From: an uncultured Methanomassiliicoccales archaeon
Lineage (GTDB): Archaea; Thermoplasmatota; Thermoplasmata; Methanomassiliicoccales; Methanomethylophilaceae
Assembly (NCBI GenBank): GCA_964504055.1
Contig: CAZDCU010000010.1
Span: forward strand, 28,059 to 40,567
Direction: 5' to 3'
DNA: 12,509 nt
Below the pieces are notes generated by a model. That model worked only from the letters and a program-made list of their open reading frames with translations. It made no database searches and had not been told where the DNA came from. The position numbers were made by a program, and so were the translations under genes. Shown here in pieces: positions 1 through 7,212 of this stretch. Each line of letters starts with the position of its first letter. Position 1 is the stretch's first letter.

Positions 1-1719
1 ATCTTCGTAATTACTTCCCGATTTCGCTGTCATCTTTATGCTGTACGTTCCGACATCGACGGGGGCATCATCCGTATAGTCCGAGCCGTTTTCGGAATAA
101 CTGATTGTAACCGACTTATTGATTGTTTCATACACACTGTCCTTTGAAAGAATGACAGATGATACAGGATGTTCGTTTCCGTCGTATGTTATTTCTCCGG
201 AGGGGCTTACATCGAAAGCACCGTCATCGCAGTTACTGAGTTTTATCATACTGACAGTATACATGAAACCTGTCAACACGGGATTTTCGATACTTGAATC
301 GGTAACCGTTACCTTCAGGTAATAATTTCCTGCGTGTGTCGGTTCTTCAGAACTGTATTCGCCTGTTTCGGCATTGGAATATGTGACAGCGTACTCTCCT
401 TCATATTCGGTGCGTTTGCCGTCGTCAAATACCACTCTCAATACATCGGATATTTTTTCTCCGTATGTTACGCAATGGCCGTTGGCAATATTCAGGCGGA
501 TTTTACTTTTTGCAATGGACCAGGTAATTTCTTTCGCACCCTTGGTACCGTCGGACCAGATGTAACCGTCTTTCAGGGTTGCGGTTGCAGTGTAATCGTC
601 TGCATCTGTGGCTGTATTTCCTGTGAGTGTGTATCCTTCGCCTTCTTCGACACCTGTCTGCTCGGAACAGTTGTATTTGAGTCCTGTTTTTGCAACAGGT
701 ATATCGACTCCCCATACTGCGTAGAGCGTAGTGTCCTCAGTTATCGATATGTCGAATGTTTTGATGATTTCGCCGTCGGCTGTAAGCGACCATCCCATGA
801 ATTTTGCGCCGTCAACAGTAAATCCGCAGTCGGGAAGAGTGTATTTGTCCATGACGGTGACGTCACTCATTGTGCCTTCGGCATTTTCATTATTTTTATC
901 GAAGGATACTTTGAAACAGGCGGCAGCCAATCCATCGACTGTTGTGATGGTTTTTCCGTTGTTTGCGAGGTATACAATCGAGTTAACGTCGGAGGATGCG
1001 ATGTAGCTTGAATTTTCAACAAATACAATCACACTGCTGTCTGTGAGATTGCTTTTGTCAATAACATTGTTGTTATTGATGATCAGATAATCTGTGTCGG
1101 TGTTCTTGATTATCGTGTACTTGGTGTTGTCATTATTGATAATATTGTAATTGACGTTGTTGCTGTCATAAGTAATCGTGTTGTTGACGGTGTTGATGTC
1201 GTTGATAATCGTATAATTGATGTTGACTGTATCTTTGATTATCTTGTTATCGTCATTATTGACGTTGATAATCAGGTTGTCTTTGTTATTGATAGTCAGA
1301 TTGGTGTAATTATCATTGATAATCTGTTTGATACTGTCAACCTCATCGTTATCCAATGCGGCGGCAGATGTATCATTAGACATCAGAAGAACGGCTGCTT
1401 CTTTGATTGTAATGTAAACAACCTTGTAACCGATATTCCATGTGATTTCTTTTGATTCCGTGGTGTTATCGGACCAAACATAACCTTCACTGAGGGTAAG
1501 TGTCGCTTTGTATGTTCCCGCATTTGCGGCAGTGTTGCCTGTTATTGTGTATCCCGTACCTTCCGGAACACCTGTTTTTACGGTTCCGTCGTAGACGAGA
1601 CCGGATACGGCCGCCGGTATCTCGACCGTATTATCTTCTGCGGATGAATTATCCGCACCAATTGCTGCAAATGCAGTCACTGCCAATGCCGTCACGATAA
1701 ATGCAACCATCAGCTTCAT
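1..1719 (-). CDS. Secreted adhesin-like cell-surface protein, N-terminal 573 aa; the C-terminus runs off the window start
   Basis: The gene is missing from the supplied track because it has no stop codon inside the window. I checked every minus-strand codon by hand: the frame is open from ATG 1719-1717 to position 1, with an in-frame TAA just upstream at 1743-1741. The N-terminus MKLMVAFIVTALAVTAFAAIGA looks like a signal peptide. It is followed by repeated modules of the form ..YDG/YN....G.EG.GYT.TGNTA....Y.AT.TL..GY.WSD....KEITW.I, an Asn/Ile-rich tract, an Flg_new-like module, and C-terminal ITYDGNEHP...VGTYSIKMTAKSGSNY modules (MBG/YDG-type Ig-like repeats). Confidence 0.8.
   Translation of the reverse strand, partial: MKLMVAFIVTALAVTAFAAIGADNSSAEDNTVEIPAAVSGLVYDGTVKTGVPEGTGYTITGNTAANAGTYKATLTLSEGYVWSDNTTESKEITWNIGYKVVYITIKEAAVLLMSNDTSAAALDNDEVDSIKQIINDNYTNLTINNKDNLIINVNNDDNKIIKDTVNINYTIINDINTVNNTITYDSNNVNYNIINNDNTKYTIIKNTDTDYLIINNNNVIDKSNLTDSSVIVFVENSSYIASSDVNSIVYLANNGKTITTVDGLAAACFKVSFDKNNENAEGTMSDVTVMDKYTLPDCGFTVDGAKFMGWSLTADGEIIKTFDISITEDTTLYAVWGVDIPVAKTGLKYNCSEQTGVEEGEGYTLTGNTATDADDYTATATLKDGYIWSDGTKGAKEITWSIAKSKIRLNIANGHCVTYGEKISDVLRVVFDDGKRTEYEGEYAVTYSNAETGEYSSEEPTHAGNYYLKVTVTDSSIENPVLTGFMYTVSMIKLSNCDDGAFDVSPSGEITYDGNEHPVSSVILSKDSVYETINKSVTISYSENGSDYTDDAPVDVGTYSIKMTAKSGSNYED
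514..699 (-). repeat. Internal domain repeat, copy B (62 aa: PVAKTGLKYNCSEQTGVEEGEGYTLTGNTATDADDYTATATLKDGYIWSDGTKGAKEITWSI)
   Basis: Hand alignment to copy A (1432-1617) gives 36 of 62 identical residues. The similarity is also visible at the nucleotide level, e.g. ggaccagatgtaacc versus ggaccaaacataacc. Confidence 0.75.
709..912 (-). other. Listeria-Bacteroides repeat (Flg_new / InlB B-repeat)-like module within the adhesin
   Basis: The encoded segment is KVSFDKNNENAEGTMSDVTVMDKYTLPDCGFTVDGAKFMGWSLTADGEIIKTFDISITEDTTLYAVWG. It matches the family hallmark from memory: F-D-.N......lP....GY.F.GW.......yd....i..d.tLYA.W. Confidence 0.6.
1048..1326 (-). repeat. Degenerate ~30-33 nt tandem repeat encoding an Asn/Ile/Asp/Thr-rich tract with 10-11 residue periodicity
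   Basis: The encoded tract is QIINDNYTNLT INNKDNL IINVNNDDNK IIKDTVNINYT IINDINTVNNT ITYDSNNVNYN IINNDNTKYT IIKNTDTDYL IINNNNVIDKSN. On the + strand this reads as recurring gat/att/gtt codon runs (..attattgat.., ..gttgataat..). Confidence 0.8.
1432..1617 (-). repeat. Internal domain repeat, copy A (62 aa: PAAVSGLVYDGTVKTGVPEGTGYTITGNTAANAGTYKATLTLSEGYVWSDNTTESKEITWNI)
   Basis: This is the paralogous module of copy B at 514-699, with about 58 percent identity by hand count. Confidence 0.75.
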
Positions 1720-1908
1720 TCCGTGTTCTGTTTTCAAGTCTTATCCCTCATGTCGGTAAATTCACTGCTGACTATACCGTCTGTATGTAGAGTGAAACTA
1801 TCCTTTGTATTTATGCTGTACCGAATCTGCAGCCAGACATACCGTGCGTCAAAAAAGTGCCTGTTCGGCAACTAATTAAAATACTTTGAAACTGTTCTCG
1901 GAATCACT

Positions 1909-1956
1909 ACAAGAGACGGTCCCCTTGCACCGGATGAAAATCCAACCGTCTCTTGT
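1909..1956 (-). terminator. Stem-loop 3' of the CAT-family gene: perfect 11-bp inverted repeat with a 26-nt loop
   Basis: acaagagacgg (1909-1919) is the exact reverse complement of ccgtctcttgt (1946-1956). The loop contains a nested ggat-gaaa-atcc mini-hairpin. The structure begins 19 nt after the stop at 1976-1978. On the minus strand, a further gcc-gaaca-ggc hairpin followed by a T6 run (1856-1851) lies downstream. Confidence 0.4.
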
Positions 1957-1975
1957 TACCTGTTATCCACTGTTT

Positions 1976-2641
1976 TCAGACGATATATTTCTCCGGATCT
2001 GAGAGACGTTTCTGAATTTCCGTTATCAGATCGGAGATCAAACGGCCGTCTATGAAGGAATGATCTGCGGCAATATCCATACTCATCAGATATTTTCCGT
2101 CGGTTTCGGTGAATTTTCCCCACATTATGCGCGGAATACTCATTCCTTCCCTGTCGCCTATCGGCAGAGGCTGTCTTACGGATGTGAAATCAATCCACGG
2201 AACACACGAAAAGTAGATTTCATCCACTCTTCTGTCATCCCATCCGTCTTTTGAATCTCCTTTTTTGGCGGCTTCGATCGTTTCCGCCGCAGATTTATAG
2301 AATTCACCGTAATCGAATGACATCCTGTGTTTGCAGTTTCTGTACATTCCGTCGCCCGTAGTTACGGTGTATCCCGGATCCACTTTGTCAAAACAGACAA
2401 TTTCTCCGTTCAGTATTCTGTATCTCATTTCTTCGATACTGTTTACCGCAGCGGAAACCGCATAGAGTGTGTTGATGAAGAACGATGTACCTGTGGCTTT
2501 ACTGTACCTTACCGTTTCCGTGACATCCATACGTACTGTGAACGATATGCCTGAATCGGCGCATTTCGAGAAAAGTCCGTACATATGTTTTCTTTTCAGA
2601 CCTTCTTCGCCGATTACACGGAAGGTATTGATCTCATCCAT
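1976..2641 (-). CDS. Chloramphenicol acetyltransferase (type A CAT, PF00302-like) family acyltransferase, 221 aa
   Basis: By-eye alignment to classical CAT shows KRKHMYGLFSK (cf. HRKEHFEAFQS), IYFSCVPWIDFTS (cf. FFVSANPWVSFTS) and PRIMWGKFTETDGKYLMSMDIAADHSFIDG (cf. [30 protein letters not shown]). The track start at 2857 is rejected because that extension overlaps the divergent gene. ATG 2641 (MDEINTF..) gives a typical CAT length. A TATA-like ATTATAT, read on the minus strand at 2671-2665, is centred about 27 nt upstream of it, which fits a leaderless mRNA. ATG 2656 or 2716 remain possible starts. Confidence 0.8.
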   Translation of the reverse strand: MDEINTFRVIGEEGLKRKHMYGLFSKCADSGISFTVRMDVTETVRYSKATGTSFFINTLYAVSAAVNSIEEMRYRILNGEIVCFDKVDPGYTVTTGDGMYRNCKHRMSFDYGEFYKSAAETIEAAKKGDSKDGWDDRRVDEIYFSCVPWIDFTSVRQPLPIGDREGMSIPRIMWGKFTETDGKYLMSMDIAADHSFIDGRLISDLITEIQKRLSDPEKYIV

Positions 2642-2664
2642 GATGTCCCGTATCATGAGATTGC

Positions 2665-2671
2665 GATATAA
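2665..2671 (-). promoter_or_regulatory. TATA-box candidate for the CAT-family gene
   Basis: The + strand reads gatataa, which is ttatatc on the minus strand. It lies about 27 nt upstream of ATG 2641 in a 100-nt divergent intergenic region. Confidence 0.35.
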
Positions 2672-2756
2672 TCCGTTGTATGTTCCATACAAAATTTCTA
2701 TACGGGTTGTTTTCATAATATCCGCCGTAATGAAAGACGGAAGCTTCTTTGACAGG

Positions 2757-4013
2757 ATGGTCGAATACAACGACGTATCTGCAACATCCGGCAGATGTAT
2801 CATCTGCAAAGGAGCACGTGCGCTCTGCGGAAAGGACAGATGTCCTCTCATGATCAAGTTCTACTCTCAGAGTAAATCAATGAGAGTTATGGATGCAACC
2901 GATATCGAAGGAAGTTCTCCTCCCGCGGTGTTTGTGGGAAGATACGGTTATCCGAAGGTAGATATCGGACCGTTAATACCTCCGGAGTTCGGAGACACAT
3001 CCGTAATGGACAAACCGGAGATGTGGAAAGGTAAATCTATCGATGAAATCACGGATTTCAGATTCAGATTAATCAGAGGCAAATACCGTATCGATGCGAC
3101 GGATTTCCGCAACGGAGGAAGAATCGTAGATCAGATTCAGGAAATCGCCCTGACTGAGAAACCTGTCGATATGGAAGCGAGATTCTCTTCCAAACCTAAA
3201 GGACGTGTTATTCTCGATGACGAAATACAGCCTTTCGGTCCGTCTGCGAGAATAGAGTACATGAAATCGGGTTCCGGAAGGATGCACAGGTATCTCGAAC
3301 GCAGTTTTTACGATACCGACATGAAAGCTGCGGATGCGGTGGTAAACGCATACAGAAACGGCACTCTGATTTCCGAAATACAGAAAGCATTCTCCGTAGG
3401 AACCATGGGTATCGATAAGAACAGACGTTTCGTTCCCACGAGATGGAGTATCACCGCAGTCGACGATATCATAGGAAAAGATCTTCTGAAGACAACGAAA
3501 TACAATCCGACGATAGACGATTTCAGAGTTTACGAGTTACACGCATTGGACAACAGATGGTGTATTCTTCTCCTTCCGTGTACGTGGAGATTCGAGTTGA
3601 TTGAAGCGTGGTATCCGAACACAACCTGGAACCCTTCGGGAAGACAGATTGAGATGATATCCGATCACGAATTCTTCGAAGGAAGATCGGAATACGCACA
3701 CATCGGCGGATGTTATTATGCGTCGAGGATGGCAATCAACGAACTCCTCACCAAAGAAAGAAAAACAGCGGGAGCGGTAATATTCAGGGAAGCGCATCCC
3801 GGTTATGTGATGCCCGTAGGTGTATGGAATGTGAGGGAAAGAGTCAGAGAATCTCTTACCACGAAACCTTTCAGTTTCGATACACTTGAGGGTGCACTGA
3901 GGCATATCGATAACGTGATGGACATCCCGAGAAAAGTATGGTTACATCACTCGGAAATACTGAAAGACTTCATGATTCAGAGGAGGATTGACGATTATGT
4001 CAACGCTGAATGA
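2757..4013 (+). CDS. nreA: NreA-family (DUF650/DUF651) archaeal DNA repair protein, 418 aa
   Basis: There is an N-terminal Cys cluster CIICKGARALCGKDRCP (2796-2846). Conserved-looking blocks include YGYPKV, FVPTRWSITAVDD and GGCYYASR. The length is typical for Nre proteins. The C-terminus QRRIDDYV fits a PIP-box pattern Q..I..Y. I chose the start at ATG 2757 (MVEYNDV..). ATG 2730 is possible. The track start at 2469 overlaps the divergent CAT gene and is rejected. Confidence 0.7.
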   Translation: MVEYNDVSATSGRCIICKGARALCGKDRCPLMIKFYSQSKSMRVMDATDIEGSSPPAVFVGRYGYPKVDIGPLIPPEFGDTSVMDKPEMWKGKSIDEITDFRFRLIRGKYRIDATDFRNGGRIVDQIQEIALTEKPVDMEARFSSKPKGRVILDDEIQPFGPSARIEYMKSGSGRMHRYLERSFYDTDMKAADAVVNAYRNGTLISEIQKAFSVGTMGIDKNRRFVPTRWSITAVDDIIGKDLLKTTKYNPTIDDFRVYELHALDNRWCILLLPCTWRFELIEAWYPNTTWNPSGRQIEMISDHEFFEGRSEYAHIGGCYYASRMAINELLTKERKTAGAVIFREAHPGYVMPVGVWNVRERVRESLTTKPFSFDTLEGALRHIDNVMDIPRKVWLHHSEILKDFMIQRRIDDYVNAE

Positions 4014-4779
4014 TTTCTTCGGACCGCAGAATTGGGAAGGATCATACGAAATAATTCAGTGTAAACGTGCATTGTCTCCTTCCGGCCTTCCGGACATGGA
4101 TTATTCGCTGAATCCCTACGGAGGATGTTCCCACGGCTGTGTTTACTGTTACGCGCCGGAAGTAACGCATTCCGATTGGAGCACGTGGCGTATTGTAAAA
4201 GTAAAATCCAACATTGCATCGAGACTTTCCAACGAACTGAAGTACGTGAAAGGAACAATCGGTATCGGTACGGTAACGGATCCGTATCAGTATGCCGAAT
4301 CAAGATTCGAGCTTACGAAACAGTGTCTTCAGAGGATTATCGGTACCGGATGCAGGATTCATATGCATACGAAATCCGATCTGATTTTACGTGATATCGA
4401 TCTTTTAACTCAGCTTGAGGGATTGGTTGCCGTTACAATTACGGGAATTGACGAACGTTACAGTAAAATCACCGAACCCGGCGCCCCCTTACCTTCGGTG
4501 CGTTTGGATACACTGAAAAAATTAACCGATGCAGGTTTGGATACGTATGCGTTAATCGGACCTGTTTTATCCCATCTCGAAGGAAAAGAGAAGGAATTTG
4601 CAGACGCAGTCGCCGATACAGGCGTAAAAAAAGCATACATCGACCGTCTGAACGGAAGGCCGTTGCTTAACGAAAGACTTTCCAGAATGAACATTTCCGG
4701 CGGTTCGATGCAGTCGATTATGAAGATCAAAGATCAACTTACGTCCAGAGGTGTGACCGTAAGGGACGTTTTCGGATGA
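3997..4779 (+). CDS. Radical SAM protein, SplB/COG1533 (DNA repair photolyase-like) type, 260 aa
   Basis: The CxxxCxxC motif GCSHGCVYCYAPE lies at 4126-4149 within NPYGGCSHGCVYCYA, the COG1533-type context. AGGAGG at 3981-3986 sits 10 nt upstream of ATG 3997. The track start at 3988 is a TTG and is less likely. The gene overlaps the nreA 3' end by 17 nt. Confidence 0.85.
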   Translation: MSTLNDFFGPQNWEGSYEIIQCKRALSPSGLPDMDYSLNPYGGCSHGCVYCYAPEVTHSDWSTWRIVKVKSNIASRLSNELKYVKGTIGIGTVTDPYQYAESRFELTKQCLQRIIGTGCRIHMHTKSDLILRDIDLLTQLEGLVAVTITGIDERYSKITEPGAPLPSVRLDTLKKLTDAGLDTYALIGPVLSHLEGKEKEFADAVADTGVKKAYIDRLNGRPLLNERLSRMNISGGSMQSIMKIKDQLTSRGVTVRDVFG

Positions 4780-4785
4780 TTTTTT
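4780..4785 (+). terminator. Oligo-T (T6) tract immediately after the radical SAM stop codon
   Basis: The sequence is tga-tttttt-cattc. Archaeal transcription termination commonly uses oligo-T tracts. Confidence 0.4.
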
Positions 4786-4877
4786 CATTCAGCCAGCATC
4801 GCTTTGTGATAGAAATATAGGTGAGACCTAAATCCGGATGCGTTTCGGTCGTATTTTTGATACCGAATTCACGTAAG

Positions 4878-4885
4878 TTTATATA
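4878..4885 (+). promoter_or_regulatory. TATA box (tttatata) of the thermosome gene
   Basis: It lies about 45 nt upstream of ATG 4928. GGAG at 4915-4918 provides an SD-like element in the predicted short leader. Confidence 0.55.
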
Positions 4886-4927
4886 GAAGAACAAAATTAC
4901 TACTGACCATAATAGGAGATACATATT

Positions 4928-6577
4928 ATGTATAGTTCCGGTAACAGCAATCAGCCGATCATCGTGCTCAAAGAGGGTACGGAGAGAAGCAAAGACAAAG
5001 AAGCACAATTCAACAACATCGCCGCAGCGAAAGCAGTGGCAGATTCCGTCAGGTCAACACTCGGACCGAAAGGAATGGATAAGATGTTGGTCGACTCCAT
5101 CGGTGATGTCACAGTCACAAACGACGGTGTCACAATTCTCAAAGAAATCGATGTTCAGCACCCCGCAGCCAAGATGGTTGTCGAAGTCGCAAAGACACAG
5201 GACACAGAGTGCGGAGACGGTACGACAACAGCTGTCGTCCTTGCAGGAGAACTCCTCAAGCAGTCCGAGTCGCTCATCGATTCGAACATCCACCCCACAG
5301 TCATCACCAACGGTTTCAAACTCGCAGCTGAGAAGGCAGTCGAAGTCCTCAACGACATCGCAGTTCCCTCCAACGACGACAAACTCCTGAAGAAGGTTGC
5401 AGAGACCGCAATGACCGGTAAATCCGTCGGCGGAGAGGGAGAGCACCTCGCAGACCTCATCGTTCAGGCAGCAAGGGATGTTCAGGAAGGAAACATTGTC
5501 GACACAACCAACATCAAGATTGAGAAGAAAGCGGGAGGAGTCATCAACGACACCTACCTCGTAAAAGGTCTCGTTATCGACAAGCAGAGGGTCCACCCCC
5601 GTATGCCTAAGGTCGTCAAGAACGCAAAGATCGCTCTCTTCACAACAGCTCTTGAGAACAAGAAGCCCGAAGTATCCGCAGAGATCAGCATCTCCGATCC
5701 GCTTTCGATGCAGTCATTCCTCAACGAGGAAGACTCCACACTCAAAGCAATCGTCGACAAGATTGTTTCGACAGGTGCAAATGTCGTCTTCTGCCAGAAA
5801 GGTGTCGACGACCTCGTACAGCACTACCTCGCAAAAGCAGGTGTTCTCTGCTTCAGGAGGCTCAAGGAATCCGATATCATCGCCATTTCCAAAGCAACAG
5901 GCGGTTCCCTCGTAGGAGAGCCCATGGAAATCCAGGCAAAAGATCTCGGTACAGCTGAGGAAGTTGCAGAGAAAGAAGTCGGACTCGAGTCCATGTGCTT
6001 CATCACCGGCTGCAAGAACCCCAAGGCAGTGTCCATCGTCATCCGCGGAGGAACAGAGCATGTTCTCGCAGAAGTCGAGAGGGCAATGGTCGACGCTATC
6101 CGTGTCGTCGGTGTCGCAATCGAGGACGGAAAAGTCGTTGCCGGTGCAGGTGCACCTGAGATTGAAACAGAACTCAGGCTTGCAGAGTACGCTTCATCCG
6201 TCGGAGGAAGAGAGCAGCTCGCAATCGAGGCATTCTCCAAGGCTCTGGAAATCATTCCCTGGACCATCGCGGAGAACGCAGGTATCGATTCGATCGATGC
6301 AATCATCAAACTCAAGACAGCACACGACAAGAAAAAGAAGAACGGAGCATACTTCGGTCTCGACCTCGATACAGGCGAGGCAGTCAACATGCTCGACCGC
6401 TGTGTCGTAGAGCCTCTCAGAGTAAAGGTGCAGGCAATCAACTCCGCTGCTGAAGTAGCGAACATGATCCTCAGGATCGACGATGTCATTGCATCCCGCA
6501 GGGCTCCCCCGATGAACCCCATGGCAGACCCCTCAATGGGCGGTCCCGGCATGAGCGGTGTCGGCGGAATGATGTAA
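4928..6577 (+). CDS. ths: Thermosome subunit (group II chaperonin, Cpn60/TCP-1 family), 549 aa
   Basis: Hallmark motifs are present: [51 protein letters not shown] and a C-terminal GGMM tail. Confidence 0.97.
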   Translation: MYSSGNSNQPIIVLKEGTERSKDKEAQFNNIAAAKAVADSVRSTLGPKGMDKMLVDSIGDVTVTNDGVTILKEIDVQHPAAKMVVEVAKTQDTECGDGTTTAVVLAGELLKQSESLIDSNIHPTVITNGFKLAAEKAVEVLNDIAVPSNDDKLLKKVAETAMTGKSVGGEGEHLADLIVQAARDVQEGNIVDTTNIKIEKKAGGVINDTYLVKGLVIDKQRVHPRMPKVVKNAKIALFTTALENKKPEVSAEISISDPLSMQSFLNEEDSTLKAIVDKIVSTGANVVFCQKGVDDLVQHYLAKAGVLCFRRLKESDIIAISKATGGSLVGEPMEIQAKDLGTAEEVAEKEVGLESMCFITGCKNPKAVSIVIRGGTEHVLAEVERAMVDAIRVVGVAIEDGKVVAGAGAPEIETELRLAEYASSVGGREQLAIEAFSKALEIIPWTIAENAGIDSIDAIIKLKTAHDKKKKNGAYFGLDLDTGEAVNMLDRCVVEPLRVKVQAINSAAEVANMILRIDDVIASRRAPPMNPMADPSMGGPGMSGVGGMM

Positions 6578-6591
6578 ACACACTTTCAACT

Positions 6592-6630
6592 CGGGGGACG
6601 GAAACGTCCCCCGCAACCCCACCCTTTTCT
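6592..6630 (+). terminator. Hairpin with a perfect 9-bp GC-rich stem and GAAA loop, followed by a pyrimidine/T tract, 3' of the thermosome gene
   Basis: cgggggacg (6592-6600), gaaa, cgtcccccg (6605-6613), then caaccccacccttttct. Confidence 0.6.
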
Positions 6631-6648
6631 CAGATTTACGGTGTCCCG

Positions 6649-7212
6649 ATGAATGTTTATGATTTTGACGGAACACTCTACGACGGCGACAGTACCATCG
6701 ATTTCTACAGATTCTGTCTTGCGCACAGGAAAAGAATTCTGAGACATTTTCCCATTCAGGCGAAAGGATGGATCGGATTTCATATCGGTCTTTACGACCA
6801 TACCCGCATGAAAGCCCATTATTACAGGTTCATGAAGGATGTCGACGCAGAAGCCATGGCGGAAGCGTTCTGGGACGAAAATATCCACAGAATAGCCGAT
6901 TGGTACCACGGTAAACATGAGGATACAGATGTAGTAATTTCAGCATCCCCTGAATTTTTAATCAGAGCCGCATGCCGCCGTTTGGCTATCGAGAATGTTA
7001 TTGCATCGCCCGTAGACGCGAAAACAGGTAAACCCACGGGTTTAAACTGCCGTGATGAAGAAAAGGTAAGGAGGTTCCGCGAGATATTCGCGGATGCCTC
7101 CATAGATGAGTTTTACTCCGATTCCGATGCAGACCTTCCTCTTGCGAGACTTTCCAAGAAAGCGTTCAAAGTCAGCGGTTCGGAGATTACGGAATGGGTC
7201 GTCGAACGGTAA
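6649..7212 (+). CDS. HAD-superfamily hydrolase, subfamily IB-like (phosphatase), 187 aa
   Basis: Motif I is VYDFDGTLYDGDS (DxDGT). Motif II is VVISASPEF. Motif IV is FYSDSDADLPLA. Confidence 0.8.
   Translation: MNVYDFDGTLYDGDSTIDFYRFCLAHRKRILRHFPIQAKGWIGFHIGLYDHTRMKAHYYRFMKDVDAEAMAEAFWDENIHRIADWYHGKHEDTDVVISASPEFLIRAACRRLAIENVIASPVDAKTGKPTGLNCRDEEKVRRFREIFADASIDEFYSDSDADLPLARLSKKAFKVSGSEITEWVVER

Noticed and set aside
119-1011. Plus-strand ORFs 119-322, 334-1011, 374-565 and 731-1006 from the track, including a Cys-rich 225-aa product
   Set aside because: They lie antisense to a 573-codon open frame with clear signal-peptide and repeat-domain structure. Their products are compositionally odd (Cys/Phe/Val-rich) with no recognisable motifs.
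2469-2857. Long N-terminal extensions of both divergent ORFs (2469-4013 plus strand, 1976-2857 minus strand), which overlap each other by about 390 nt
   Set aside because: Family-typical protein lengths and conserved N-terminal motifs begin at 2757 (or 2730) and at 2641 (or 2656) respectively. The extension sequences have no family similarity, and TATA-like elements lie inside them. The overlap is best explained by chance absence of stop codons.
4818-4830. Palindrome taggt-gag-accta upstream of the thermosome promoter, as a possible heat-shock operator
   Set aside because: It has only 5-bp arms, shows no resemblance to known archaeal heat-shock regulator sites that I can recall, and there is no second copy in the window.
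5054-6552. Long antisense and alternative-frame ORFs inside the thermosome gene (e.g. 5824-6552 minus, 5054-5596 minus, 5964-6410 plus)
   Set aside because: They are typical shadow ORFs of a strongly codon-biased gene. Their products are low-complexity (Ser/Ala/Thr- or Cys/Asp-rich), and the thermosome frame is unambiguous.
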